Assembly (NCBI GenBank): GCA_020536535.1
Contig: JAHLWZ010000526.1
Span: forward strand, 96,843-160,842
Direction of reading: 5' to 3'
Length of the DNA stretch: 64,000 nucleotides
Source of the DNA: Pelomyxa schiedti
Lineage: Eukaryota; Protista; Evosea
The notes under the pieces: generated by a model
Database searches by the model: none
What the model was told of the DNA's origin: nothing
What the model saw: only the letters and a program-made list of their open reading frames with translations
Program-made: the position numbers and the translations under genes
Part shown: piece by piece, positions 50,827 to 63,661 of the stretch
Layout: each line of letters opens with the position of its first letter
Position numbering within the stretch: position 1 is the first letter of the stretch

Positions 50827-53291
50827 ATGAAGGGCCTCTCGGTGCTGCTGCTGGCGATACCTCTGGTTGCATTTGCCGACGACTTCGCTTCGGCGACGCG
50901 AAACAACGCGAGGGAGTTATTATCTAACGCTTACCGTCGTGCAATCCAATTGGCGTCCGAAGAGAGGTTGATAGCATCAAAGTTTTGTTGTTGACATGTT
51001 GTTTATTATTTTTGTGCTTTCTCCTTTTTGTTTGCTTAGTTATTGGTAAGGTATGAAGAATCTGCTGGGATTTTCGCGGATATAGTGAAAGTGGTGCCTA
51101 GTGTGGAACAAGCATGGATGGATTATGGGAGTGTTTTGGAAATGGCTGGGATGGAGGATAGGGTTGATGAAGTCTACACGCAAGCGGATTCCATTTTGGC
51201 GAGCCCAACTTCAAAAATGAGGTTGTGTGAAACGAGGCTGAAGATGTACATGAAGGCTCCAAAGGGGCCAGAAACCGATTCTGTAGCATCCAATGACAGG
51301 GCTTTTTCAAATGTATTTACTCTCATGAGTGTGGGCTTCTCAGCCATTTGTAGGCGTATGAGCCGTGTAGGGTATCTGCAGTTCTAAATCCAAATTCTCT
51401 GGATGCTCAGTTTTATATGGGATTTCTTCTCAAGTCCCATCACAAGTAGTCTTGTTACTTTGTAGTCCTATGTTCACCATAAAAGATACCACGAAGCACT
51501 TCCCTTTCTTTGGAACACATATAACCTTACTCTAGCTGGCCTATCCTTGCAAAAAACCAGTGTAGACCAACTGATATCGTTTCTCATAGAAAGTACACAA
51601 AAAAGGGGGGAAATGTTGAACCTGACTTCTTGGGGTTTTTTAAAGCTTTCTGGGGCAGCGGGGATTGCTTCCATGCGTTATCTCTACTGAGATCCAATTC
51701 CAACACAATTGACAGTTGTTTCGCCGCTCATATTGTTGGTCACTGCACAAAACACAGTCCCGAAGCTTCCAACTTTCTGAAATCATGTATGTGTGGAACC
51801 CAGAACCCCACATGTGCCACCAGTACACTTTCTCAGCTGGCTACTTGCCCAAGCAAGTATTATCAAGTGGCAACTGGGTGGCAAGGTTCCCTCCCCAGGA
51901 ATGTGGTCATGAAAACTGTAGTCAGTGGGGGTGAAGGCTATGGGAGAAATAGACCTTATTCTGAAATCGAAGGCTTTCCCATGCCCCTGCAATACCTGGA
52001 GAAAGAGTCCTACATTATTGAAATCAGTGATGCGTATGACTTGTTTCCTATTTTCTTCCTTAACCAAACCACAGGCTGCCACACTTTTTCTCTCTTTCCT
52101 ATTTTTCCTTAATCCATGCAGATTTATCGGTGGGGAGAGTGGTGTAGTTTTCGATCGTTGCTTTTTCTATAGTGGTGGTCACGAAGCTAATGCGAGAGTT
52201 AATGAATTACCAGAAGCTCTGTCCCAGAAAATTGTGGAACTGCCATTAGTCTCTGTTGCACTAATGTTCAGCCAAACAGTACTCCCCCGTTTGCTCCATA
52301 CAACTCACCAGTTGTCAGCATAATAACTATTACCATTTCGTTGCTGAAGCTTTGGGACGGCTAATGCTGCTACGTGAGTTTCTTTTGTATACCCCAGATG
52401 GTGAGTCCGTGGTTGTTGCAGTACCAGGGCACAATCGCTTCGTTTCTGAGATTGTAACCCTTTTTGGATTAACGGATCGCATCATCGTAGTTGAGAAGAA
52501 TTACACATTGCACGTTCCCAAACTCTACATTGCTGACTGGCAGCGGCTATCACCTCCACCACCCCAATTTCCTATCGACGAAACAGTGAAGGACCATTAC
52601 CTGTATGACCCTTGGGCTGCATATCAACCCTCCCGGGCTGCTCTCAAGCTTGTTCAACGAGAGATGTGGGGCTGCATAGACAGATTACACCCATTGGACC
52701 CAAAGGAACCTCCTCTAATAATTTTAGTATCACGAGGTGATGTGAGCAGCCGAAATATAATTGGAGAGGTACTTCTCAATTTATATTATTTTATCCCGTC
52801 ACCAACCCCTTGGCTTCTTTCTTTTAAGGAGAAACTACTTTCAACTATGAGGTCTGAATTACCGTCTTATCACGTTGTATCATTTTTGGGCACCTCTCAA
52901 GGAATACTTGAGCAAGCCCGAACTTTCAGAAGAGCCAAGTAATTTTTTTTTTGCACACTTTGCTCCTTCTTACATTTCCTAGACTTGTAGTCTCTGGTCA
53001 TGGTGCATCACTTGCCAATTTAATCTTTTGTACCCCGCGAACTCAAGTACTTCTGTTTCCATTGGAGCCAAACGTTGATCAGAATTTTGGGCACATTGTA
53101 CTCTTCTTCTACTAGAGGGAATATTTAACCCAAAGTAGGTTTCCGCTATGGAACTGGACTTATGGCTGCTACCCATAACTGCGGCTTTTCATCAAAACTT
53201 TACCCTCACGGCCGATAGCCTTCTCGTAACAATGAACACGATACACAAGGCCCTTGCACACCAAAAAGAACACACCCACGACGAACTTTAA
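50827..53291 (+). CDS. Secreted/ER-resident TPR + glycosyltransferase family 61 protein ending in HDEL
   Basis: Signal peptide MKGLSVLLLAIPLVAFA; TPR-like helices; GT61 motifs NNYYHFVAEALGRL, VSRGD..SRN, EQARTFRRA..VVSGHGASLANLIF; last codons CAC GAC GAA CTT TAA. Confidence 0.82.
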
Positions 53292-53390
53292 CAAAAAAAT
53301 AAGAAAAAAAGTTTATTATTGACTCACAACAGTCTTTCCCCATACATTGGTTACATTCAAGTCCTACAGGTCCGGGTGTCAAAGAATCAA

Positions 53391-55831
53391 TCAGGACCAA
53401 ACAGAGGCCATAGGAGCATCCAAAGCTGGGTCAAGAGTTACGCTGAGAATAGCCGGTCCAGCACCACTATCCACATAGGCAAGGGCATCCTGCAAGGCAC
53501 TAGTGATTCCTTCCTTGTCCACACCATAGCAGCACTTGGAACTAGGCTTTGGCTTGGAACTCGGTTCTGCTTCCGGCTCAGTGGCACTTGGAGTGGGACA
53601 GGGTTCCGCTGTGACTGATGTGCATTGGGAACACTTCTGGCCGATTCTGAGGCCCATGGCGCCGTATGCACGGCCCACAGCAGCGAAATCCGGATTGGTA
53701 ATGCCAACGTAGGGCGAATCCCGCATGTGCTGAAGCTTGCTGTTGTCAAATATTATGAACAATATGGGCAGGTGGTACTGTACGGGGTTGGTTGGTACAT
53801 AGTAAATTGGGATGAGCATGGATTAATTTGGAAGGGGTTGCTACTTGTATGGCTGTTCCAAGCTCTTCCAGTGTCATTTGCGCACCACCGTCACCAGTGA
53901 GTCCTGAATAAGGTAAATCCATAATATTCTGTTGGAATTACAGGAGAACCTATGACAGTAGAGTTGGGTTCGGTCATCTTGCATGCAATTGATGAGGGTA
54001 TGCTCCATCCCATTGCTCCCATGTGCACACTATTAATCAATCTTTCCTCCCCTGTGAACCTCAAGAAGTGGGCGGCCCAAACTAAGTAATTTTAGTGTGA
54101 AAAGGAGTTCGCAACTTTCTATACTAGTGTTATCCCCGATATCAAGGCACTACAGAAGGAAAAGTAAGTAAAAATATGGCACAGGTAACAGGAACCAACC
54201 AATCGTGAATTTGTGCGCTTTTTCAGTTGCTTGTGTAAAGCAATAAGAAATTTTATAGGGTGCGCATAGTGATCAGAAAAATGCTTGCTCATGGCACGGT
54301 ACTCCTTCATAAACGAAACCTACATAAAAAGTTCGAAAAAGGAAAAAAGGGCAAACGTGCACCTTCATTCTTTGGGCTTCTGTCAAAAATTCCATTTGTT
54401 TAGGTGATTCAACCTTAGCTGGAAAACGATTAAGAAGGGAGTTCACGGATTCACTGATGTTGCCCACAACCGCTGATTCAGTTGTGAAGGGTATCAAAGT
54501 AGACGAGCAGCAACATATGCCAATAACTTTCCTAATCTGATTTCCGTCCGATGACATAGTGAACGGACTTAAATTGGAAACGCCAATGCTGAGCACATAA
54601 GAAGCTTTGTTGATCACTGACAATGAAATCTCAGAAGCCTGGATTGGGTTATTGGACTGTCTTGCACTGCAGCTCATACCGGTAAGCCAAATATTCCTAG
54701 TACTCCAATGACGTTCGGATGGCTGTCCGACACGACACCTTTGCCATCCAACTCATACAACACGGGTGCCTGTAAATTTTCCGCCAGTTGTGCAATATAC
54801 TTCCCACTTCCACGTGCCCTCAAGCCCACAGCAATTACCAGATTCTATGACTCAGAGTTATTGGAATACTCGTAAGAGTGATACAACATGTTGGAGGGAT
54901 GCTTTAAGTATTTCTGCCACTTTATCTAGCAAGTTATCATCAGGATGTACGAGTTGCATTGGATTCTCCCATGATTTCAGTTGAAGAGCCTGGTTCAATT
55001 GTTAGACAGTACATCTTTTGAGGGCAATACCTTTTCAAATACTGAACTTGAGGAAATGTCATAACTCCAAAAATCTCGAGGCACAGAAATGTGGACAACA
55101 TCGTGAAAGGTAGACGCCTTCACAAAAGCTTCCTATAGCAAATATTGTTACAAAACATTCATCCACAAACGAAAAAGAAACAAAAGGTGGAAGGAAAACC
55201 CTGCGCACCAAAAGTACAGATGGAAGGGCCTCAGGGTGAGACACTGAAACACTTGATAGAGTAACAGCTTGAACAACTTTTGCTTGGTCAGTAAATTGGA
55301 ACTCACGACTGAATCCACGACGGCGCTGTATGAAAGTTGGGTCAGATAACATTTGAATGCGATTAGTAACACACTGATGGAAGGTCACCAGAAATGCAAA
55401 CAACAGGTGCATGATCAGTATGTGCATCAGCCAACCCCGCAACAGCATTAACAAGACCTTTTTCCAAAAGAATACCAAGCATTAATAAAACAAAAAGCAC
55501 TTAACAGATATACCAAAAAAAAAAAGCTTAACAACACAAAATTGTTCTATATATAGACACAATACTAGAAATGCATACCAGGACCAGCAGTCACCACACA
55601 GAGTGAACAATGACCAGTCAACTTGGCTTCAGCAGAGGCAGCAAATGCAGCATTACATTCGTTTCGTACGACAACAAAATCAATGGGCGGGGCCGAGCCT
55701 CGAACCTCCGACTTCTTCCTCGACTCGAACGCGGTTACGAGCGGCGTGATTGGCCCGCCTAGGTACCCATAAGCCCGTTGCACGCCGTGCCTCGCGAAGA
55801 ACTCCACCACAAAGTCCGCTGCAGTCTTCAT
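53391..55831 (-). CDS. Thiamine-diphosphate-dependent enzyme of the acetolactate synthase/pyruvate oxidase family
   Basis: VRNECNAAFAASAEAKLTG, VTAGPG.VNAVAGLADA, GKGVVSDSHP, DIGDN, MGAMGWSIPSSIA, GDGGAQM...FDN, NPDFAAVGRAYGA; about 10 introns. Confidence 0.9.
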
Positions 55832-56257
55832 TTTCAATTTGTGAAACACAGTGATGTCGAGCCCTTGGACACAATGAGGGAGAAGTTACCCCATCACGGT
55901 GACGAGGCCGTTACTACGATCCCTCTTCAGTGGCCAATAATCAAGCGGAACAAAAAAAAAACAGAGTGATCAGATTCAGAAATCTGGAGAAAAAAAGGGC
56001 ACTCTCAAACCTCAGCACCTGATTTTTTTTTCGCTGCTGTTGTTGAGCGTTGTGCCGGACTGATCAAAGAAAGAAAAAAAAAAAAAACAAAAAACCAAGC
56101 GAGGGCAACACCTCAGTGGCGGTTCGCCTTCGAATTTTATTACTATAAAAAAAAATTTCCCCTCGAACGTCGTGTTGGGTCTTTTACTTTTTTTAAAAAA
56201 AAAAATTGCATTAACCAAGGGACTATTGGGGCAGAATAGGCAGTAACAGGGGAGGGA

Positions 56258-58556
56258 ATGGACGGGACGGGAGGGGGAGCACAGAATATGATAGTGAATG
56301 GGGACGATGACCCAGCACAGGTTGGTGAGTTGGAAGTGAAGGGTGGAAAAGTCAAGAAGTGGTCCAGAATGTTGACTGTGTTGGAGAACGGCGTTGTGAG
56401 GTGCTTCATTTCCCCGGTTGGTGTCCTGGTTCTTTGTTCTTTCTTTCTTTCCTTCTGTTATGCTTCTTCAACTCTTTTATGTTTGTTTGTGTGACCTGAT
56501 TGCACAGACTGAACCTGAAGCTTTGTCGGCCTCTTTGGATGTTTGGCGTTTAAAAGTGTGCCAAAAATACTCTTCCTCTCTTTTTTTTATGTTAAAATTC
56601 CTAGGAATTGGATAAGAAGGAGTGCCCTAAAACAGCTCCGTTTGGATTCCGACTATGCAATCCAAACGACAAAAAACCAAAAGACATATTCATGTGTTGT
56701 GTGTCCCAAGAGGAACTCAATATGTGGGTAAATTCCTTAGAAGCTGCCATACAAATAGGTTATTAAGCTTCGGCCTCTCAAACGTTTGTGACTCCTTCCT
56801 GTAGCGAGCCCAATTTTATTTGGGGTACCTTTGTGGATTGGTTTCAAAAAATCTGGGTCTCATTGCCCGGCACCCATCCAAAAAGCCCTTGAATACCTTG
56901 ATTCACATGACGGTTTGTACTTCGTCTCCTGGTGTCGTATTCGTACTTATATTTTATGTAGCCGTTTCAGCCAATGGCATCTTTCGAATTTCCGCAACTG
57001 GATCTGTTGTTCAAACGCTTAAGGAGCAATTCAATAAAGGTCATTCCCTCCTCTCACTTATGTATCCAACATTTCAAAAGGGGTTGTTCCTGATTTTGAA
57101 ACGTTTTCCGAACCTCATCCAGCTGCAAATATTCTAAAACTTTATCTCAGGGAGCTGCCAGATCCTCTCTTAACATTTGACTTATTTGATTCATTCGTTG
57201 AAGCAACAAGTAGTTTTCTGGTATCTAACAAAAAAGTAACATATCCAAAGAATCTGGAACGGCTGTTGCCGAGAAACTCACCGCATTAGTCACTAAGCTA
57301 CCTCATGTAAATAGGTTCACACTGTACTGCCTAATGTCGTACTTGACCAAAGTTCTTTTCCCTCAATTAATAATGTATGACAAGGGACCAATGAATAAAG
57401 TGCTCCACTTTTAGGTATCTGCCCGCAGTAGTGAGAATCTTATGACATCCCGCAATCTTGCTGTTGTATTTGGCCCTACAATTCTACGGCCACGAGAGGA
57501 AACTATGGCTATTGCTGCCAACTCTGAGGGCATTAATTACGTTTGTGAATCGATGATTAATAGCTTTGATACCATTTTTGCGGTATGGAAGCTTTACTTT
57601 GCCCATTTCATACCAATAGAAAAAAGGGTGTTCCAAAGGAGATAGCTGATTGGGAACTTGTATGTGCACTTTATTTTCCTTGTACTAAGAACCATTAGAA
57701 ACAAAAAGAAAAAGCAGCCCTCAAAGCCAGTGCTGCCACTGCTGCAACCCCTAGCGCTCCTCAATTACCACCAACTACAGCAACAGCAACAGCGACAGCA
57801 ACAACAACCTCCACAACTACTACACCCTCAGCTGCACCAGCATCAACTACTCCTGAGGATACTACAAGCAAATTGAGAGATTCTGATAAAGCTCTTAGAG
57901 AATCAGGCAAGGTAACTTCTTCTGCAAGGGACTCTGACAAAGCTCTAGCCAAGGCAATGAAAAAGGAAAAAGAAAGAAAGGAAAAGGAAGAAAAGGAACG
58001 GAGAGAGAAAGAAGAACGAGAAAAGAAAGAAAGAGAGGAAGCTGAGCGGAAAGCCAAAAAGGAAGCGGCTAAGGCAGAGAAGAGAGACAAAAAGGATAAA
58101 ATAGGAGAGAAGAGGAAAAATAGTGAGTCTCCAGGGCCCGAGCAACACATTATGGACCCACAACCACCTCCACAAGTCACAACTTCCACACCACCCCTCA
58201 AGCCCTCACAGCCTATGATAGCCCTGATACAACCCGGAGCTGTTAAACTGAAGCCCCTAACTGACCGGCAAAGCCCGGCACCCGAAAACCGGCAACCCGG
58301 TGGCCGCCCAGTCAATTCAGCAGAAAAAACAGAATCACCCAGAAACACAAATCCAGCACTGCCCCACCCTTCAATTACATCAGCTGCCCTGCGCGGAAGT
58401 GGCGGACTTGCTTCCACTGGAGTCTCGCTCAGTTCTCCGGCACTGATAGCCCCAGGTTCAGTAGTTCTCCGCAAAACCACCGTGCCTGTGACAAAGAAAG
58501 AGGGAGGTGATGCACCACTCTCTGAACTTCAAATGAAGCTTGCAAAGCGAAAGTAA
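56258..58556 (+). CDS. PH + RhoGAP protein with charged coiled coil and Pro-rich tail
   Basis: GELEVKGGKVKKWSR...EELNMWVNSL (PH); GIFRIS, ILKLYLRELPDPLLTF and NLMTSRNLAVVFGPTILRP. Confidence 0.92.
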
Positions 58557-59043
58557 GTGCAAGCTCAGTTTCCCATTTACTAACATTCTACAAAAAACAA
58601 AGGGAAGGCACAGCAACCGCAACATCACCACCAACAGCCACAACAGCACCAACAACATCAACAGAGGCAACAACCACCGAGGCATCAAATAGCAGCTAAA
58701 AAAAAATGATTCGAGGCAAAAAACTTGCTTATTCGTCCGAAGCAGTTTGAAGAAGCATTTTCTTCGTGGAATCCTGAAAAACAGAAGTCGGTTGGGGAAG
58801 TGTCGTTGGGAGTATGGGACAAACACGTGTGTACTTTGGTTACGAGAGAACCGACCACCAAAAAAAAACTCACCGGTGCTTTCATCACACACAGATGGTT
58901 CGAGGGCTAGGCGCCTGAATCAAGGTACCGCGCCTGTATATCAACGTTCAGGGTCGTCGTCGTCGTCTTCTTCGTCTTCTTCATCGGCATACAAAGGTGT
59001 GAAGGTCCGATTACCCAATCCCAGTGGGCCTGGAAACGGTGGG

Positions 59044-62000
59044 ATGGTTGATTACGCAGCTGCAAACGCGGCTATGGGCACTAGTACTTTCAGCGGGACC
59101 ACAACCATGATGGGTGGAAAGAAGAGAAGTAGTAGTAGCAGCAGCAGCAGCAGCACGGATACATCTTCTAGTGGAAGCGATAAGAGGTGGGGAGTTGGGG
59201 CGTGGAAGTTGTCGGCAAAGGCATCCCAGCTGTCAAGATGCATCACCGAAATTGAGATTGAGGCCAAGATTATGGACTTGTGTGCAGAGGTGAAGATGGC
59301 ACAGACGTACCAGAATACGACGGGCTCTCCGATTGAGGCTGTGTAGGAACCCTGTTGTTTCGGTGGAACAATTTTTTCCCTTACCTTTCTTCAGATACGA
59401 GTTCCCTCTTTTTGAAAGTCTGGCTATTGTAGAATTCATTGCTGAAATCAATGGAAAAGAAATTGTGGCCAAGGAAAGTCAGTTTTCACCAACCTCAAAA
59501 TTCACGTCATCATAGTTGGAAGAAAAAACCAAAGCTGTCAATAAATATGACGATGCCATTGTGTGTATCTTGTGTTAAAGGCATTAGCTCATTCATTCCA
59601 AAACAAAACAAAACAAAAAAAAAAGGCTTCAGGTTTGTTTACCAGTAGGTAGTTGGATTTTATACTCTTCACAGGACACGGGGCATTCCTTGGGGAAGTG
59701 TCAAATGACAAACGCAAAATGTTTAAGATCTCCGTTGGTTATTCTCAGTTTGAAATGGTTTTCTTCTCTTTTAACATTATTTAGGAAACTTACCTGTCGG
59801 ACAAACAGCCAAAAGTTTTTCTCTTTTTGTTGTTGAATGCTCATTGTTGTTTTTCTAGTAACAATAACCTGTGTGATGGAGCTAGAAACAGACCTAGAGG
59901 ACACCATATTTTCACTTCCTGTGGGGCTTTTCCCACGTGATCCTGTCCCTCTTTCAATCAAGATGTTAGTAATGACAACATTCCCCATCAAGGATGTTGT
60001 GTGTACTTCGCATTCAGATACATTCCAGGTTTTTCAGTACTTGCCTCTATTTCATTGACGTCACATCCAGATCCTTCCATCAACCAACCCTTTCCAAAAA
60101 GAAGCAATTTGGAAGGGAGCACATGGTACTCAATCAGAAAATTCCATTACCTATTACCAACAACACAGGACTCTGGGGCAATTCGTTTGAATGTAAAATA
60201 TCTTCACGGGAACAGCATAGACCAGCTGCTGCTATTGAAAGTGCCCCAGATGGTTCACTTGCTGCACTTGTTACATTTTTTCCTAGCTGGGCAAATATAG
60301 ACTCTGATTTATTGGAGCCAAGTGGAGAAATAGTGTTCCTGATAGATCGGTAGTTCTCGAGCACTTTGATTTTCATTCATTGGAGAAGGTCTGGGTCAAT
60401 GGCTGGCTCCTCCATCTCTAAGGTTTCTGAAACAATGGCATTATTTTTGCGCAGTCTACCTATGGATTGCAAATTCAACAGTTATCTTCAACATCCACTT
60501 TTTTAATTGTCTTTACCAAAATGAAATCAGTTGTTGGATTTGGTGATCGCTTTGAAAAGCTTTTTCCAACTAGCATGAAGTATGATGATACAAGTTTACA
60601 AAATGCTTTAAATCACGTTCAAGATCTTAAGGCAAATTTGGGTGGAACTGGTAGGCACCTTGTTCTTTACTTTTGTCTAATCATTCCAAGAACTTCTTGC
60701 ACCTTTGCTTAATGTGTTGACTGAGCCAGTAGAGGATGAGTACCCGAGACAGGTAAAGGAGCTTTGCGAATCCAACTCAAGTACTCTAATACCTGTAAGG
60801 TGTTTGTTTTGACTGATGGTGCCGTTTCTAAGAGAGAGGCCACAATAGATGCAGCTGCCAAGAATTGTCAAAGAGCCCGAGGTAAATTGTCTGATTTTGT
60901 CTACCATCTCATTTCACATCAGTGTTCACGTTTGGAATTGGCACGGGGGTTGACCAAACTCTGGTCAGTGGACTAGCTGCAGCAGGAAGAGGAAAAGCTG
61001 AGTTCATTACTGAAACCTCACAAATAAAAGAGAAAGTACAGCATTCCTCTATTACCACTCTTAATTTTTTTTCCAGGTCATGTTGCAGTTGCAGGTTTTT
61101 CAATACTATTGTAACCATGTCAATAATTTACACATCAAAGCGAGCACTGGAACCTATGATGAAGCAAGTCACGATTAACTGGCCCGCCCATCTACATTCC
61201 TCACAGGCCCCCACCCATCTTCGCCCTCTTTTTAGTGGCGAGAGATTATTGGCATATGCCATGTTTCCACCTGGTGAAAATTTATGGAGCTTTTCCTCAA
61301 AATCACTTCCAGTTGTTCTCAGTGGTATTGGACCTGAGGGAACTCCACTCTCTTTTGAAATACCACTTGAAGAAGGTAAGAACATTGACTTTTTTAAAAA
61401 TTGTGCCAAACTTATGGTTCCCTTTAATAAGGGCGACTCATCTACGGCCAAACAATTCACCGATTGGCGGCAAAAGTCTTGATACGGTATGGAAAAGAGG
61501 GAAAAATAACGAAAATAATCAAAGTGAAAAGGGAAATGGAAGAAACTATTCGTGGGTCTTCAAGACCAGATTTGAATGCACAAATTTTGGACCTCTCTCT
61601 AAAGTGGAATGTAGCATCTTCACTCACTGCCTTCTCAGCAGTCGATAAAAGGTACAGACTGCAACTAAATGGACTTGGGTTGATGTAATATAAAACAGAT
61701 CAGAGGAGACTCTTGGGAGCATGAAAACTATTACCGTCCCATCAAGCTCAGGTAATATTGGCCTCCACCCTTTTATTTCTCTTTTACAAACAGATAAAAA
61801 GTTCCACCAAGGAAAGCAAGTAAATCATCTACAACTTCTACCAGTAGTAGTTTAAAGAAGCGCATTATTTTGCCCACTGTGGCTCCGCCAAAACTCAAAG
61901 CTTCCTCTTCTTCCAGTTCATCTTCTAGTGGTCGACAATTTCTATTTTTCTCTTTTCAGTACTAAATAGCAATAGGAAAGGTGAAGGCAGAGGTCTCTTT

Positions 62001-63475
62001 GCCCCTTCCCAAAGTTGATGTCAAGGTTGAGGCCAGAAAGTCCCCAGGATTCAGATTTGGCTTCTCAGGAAAAGGCAATGCATCACAGAACCGACCCACA
62101 ATTGGGGCTGGTATCTACAAAAGCGGAAGCAGCAGCAGTAGCAGTGACGTAAAATTTGCTGTGAAAAAGCGTGGAACAGCCAGAAAATTTGGCCTGGGAA
62201 GACACGGCCACAGCAAAGCTGATGTCAAGGTTGAAATCAAGAAGCCCTCAGTGAGGGTTGAATATGAATCTGGAGGGAGCAAAAGCGGAAGTAGAAGCGG
62301 AAGTAGATGTAGAAGTAGAAGTAAAAGTACAAGTAGAAGTAGAAGTGGAAGTGGAAGTGGAAGTAAGAGTGAGAGTGAGGCCAAAGCTGATGTCCGGGTT
62401 GGAATCAAAAAGCCTGAAGTGAAAGTCAGTGTGGAAGCACAAAAGCGGAAAAAAAGCAAATCTGAAAGCAGCACTGATAGCCTAGTGGCGAAAGCCAAAG
62501 CAGATGTCAAGGTGGCAGTGAAAAAGCCTGAGGTGAAAGTGAAACTTGGACTTGGGAAAAAGACATCCAGCAGCAGTCCCCTGAGAGGAAAATATGATGT
62601 CAAGGTTGATGCCAAAGCGCCCAAGGTTGAGGTGAAAAAACCTGAATTGAAAGTGGGGTTTGGATTTGGGAAAATGAAACCCAACAGTGGGAGCGAGAGT
62701 AGTTCTCCAGTACTAGCCAAACCTTCTCTCAAAGCCGATGTCAAGGTTGAGGTGAAAAAGCCTGAACTGGCAGGGAAAAAGAAATCTAGCAGTTACAGCA
62801 GCAGTAGCACTAGTGCCCCTCTAGAAAAAGTCAAAGCTGGTATCAAGATTGAACTCAAAGCTGCACCGGCTGGAAAAAAGGATGGGGGTCTGTTTGGGAG
62901 GAAAGGAGCTCCTCTCAAAGTTGAAGTAAAAAAGCCCTCAGTTGGGATCAAAGCTGAAGTAAAAAAATCTGAGGTCCAAATTGGACCCGATGTAAAGGTT
63001 AAAGCCAAAAAAATGAGTAAAAGTACTAGCAGTAGTGGAAGTGGAAGTGGTGGCAAGCTAATCAAGGTTACCATCCCTTCAGGCGTTTCTAGACTCACCC
63101 TGGTATCTAATACCTTTCCCCTCCCCACTATTCTGAAATAATTCCCAGGAAAATGTAATATCCAAGCAACAAGCCAATGGTACCTGGGACATTGCAGCAG
63201 TAACATCACTCCTGGGGGTTCCAGCATCCACCATAGAATCCGTGTGCCCCCTTGAGGCCTATGGCCACGGAAGAGACCAACTGTGGTGCACAGTTCTGAT
63301 GGTGTCACTCCTGGAATCACTGTTCCAATCTTCAAAGACAAACTGGGCTCTGCTGGTTCAAAAGGCAAGGAAGCAAGTCATAAGGCTCAAGGACAGTGCA
63401 AATATCGGTAGGGATGTGGACCTGTATACCCCAGCTGCTGTGTACATAAAATCCCTCTCGCTCTCTGTTTCTTAG
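59044..63475 (+). CDS. VIT + vWA domain protein (VWA5A-like) with a Lys/Val/Ser-rich repeat insertion
   Basis: QTYQN..SPIEAVYEFPL, YDDAIASGHGAFL, VGNLP; MIDAS motifs FLIDRSGSM, LGGTEL and VLTDG; FTFGIG, IHRLAAK, QQANGTW. Confidence 0.9.
59474..59515 (+). other. Putative non-canonical GA-AG intron (42 nt) in the VIT-vWA gene
   Basis: GCCAAG|GAAAGT...CATAG|TTGGAA. Retention ends in TAG. Removal gives GKEIVAKLEEKTKAVNKYDDAI, gap-free against the VIT consensus. Confidence 0.7.
62031..63010 (+). repeat. Coding repeats: about 6 copies of AAAGCNGATGTCAAGGTTGA... (KADVKVEVKKPE) interspersed with Ser/Gly-Ser tracts
   Basis: Copies near 62031, 62215, 62383, 62497, 62590 and 62731. Confidence 0.85.
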
Positions 63476-63661
63476 CCAGTTGTGCAAATGAACAATAGAA
63501 ACTGAGAACAACAGATTCCCAACCGAGATTTCCATCAAATGTAAAAACAAAAAATTTTTCCCTTTCACACAATTTGTATAAAAATATAACATAAGCAAGC
63601 AACAACCGGCAGCGTCGTCAACAACCGACACAAACCAACAAGATCTTACCAATCATGAAAG

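Noticed and set aside
57761-58480. Long antisense ORFs (also 62115-62744, 35560-36099, 18037-18714, 25398-25946)
   Set aside because: Stop-poor shadows of low-complexity or GC-rich coding exons.
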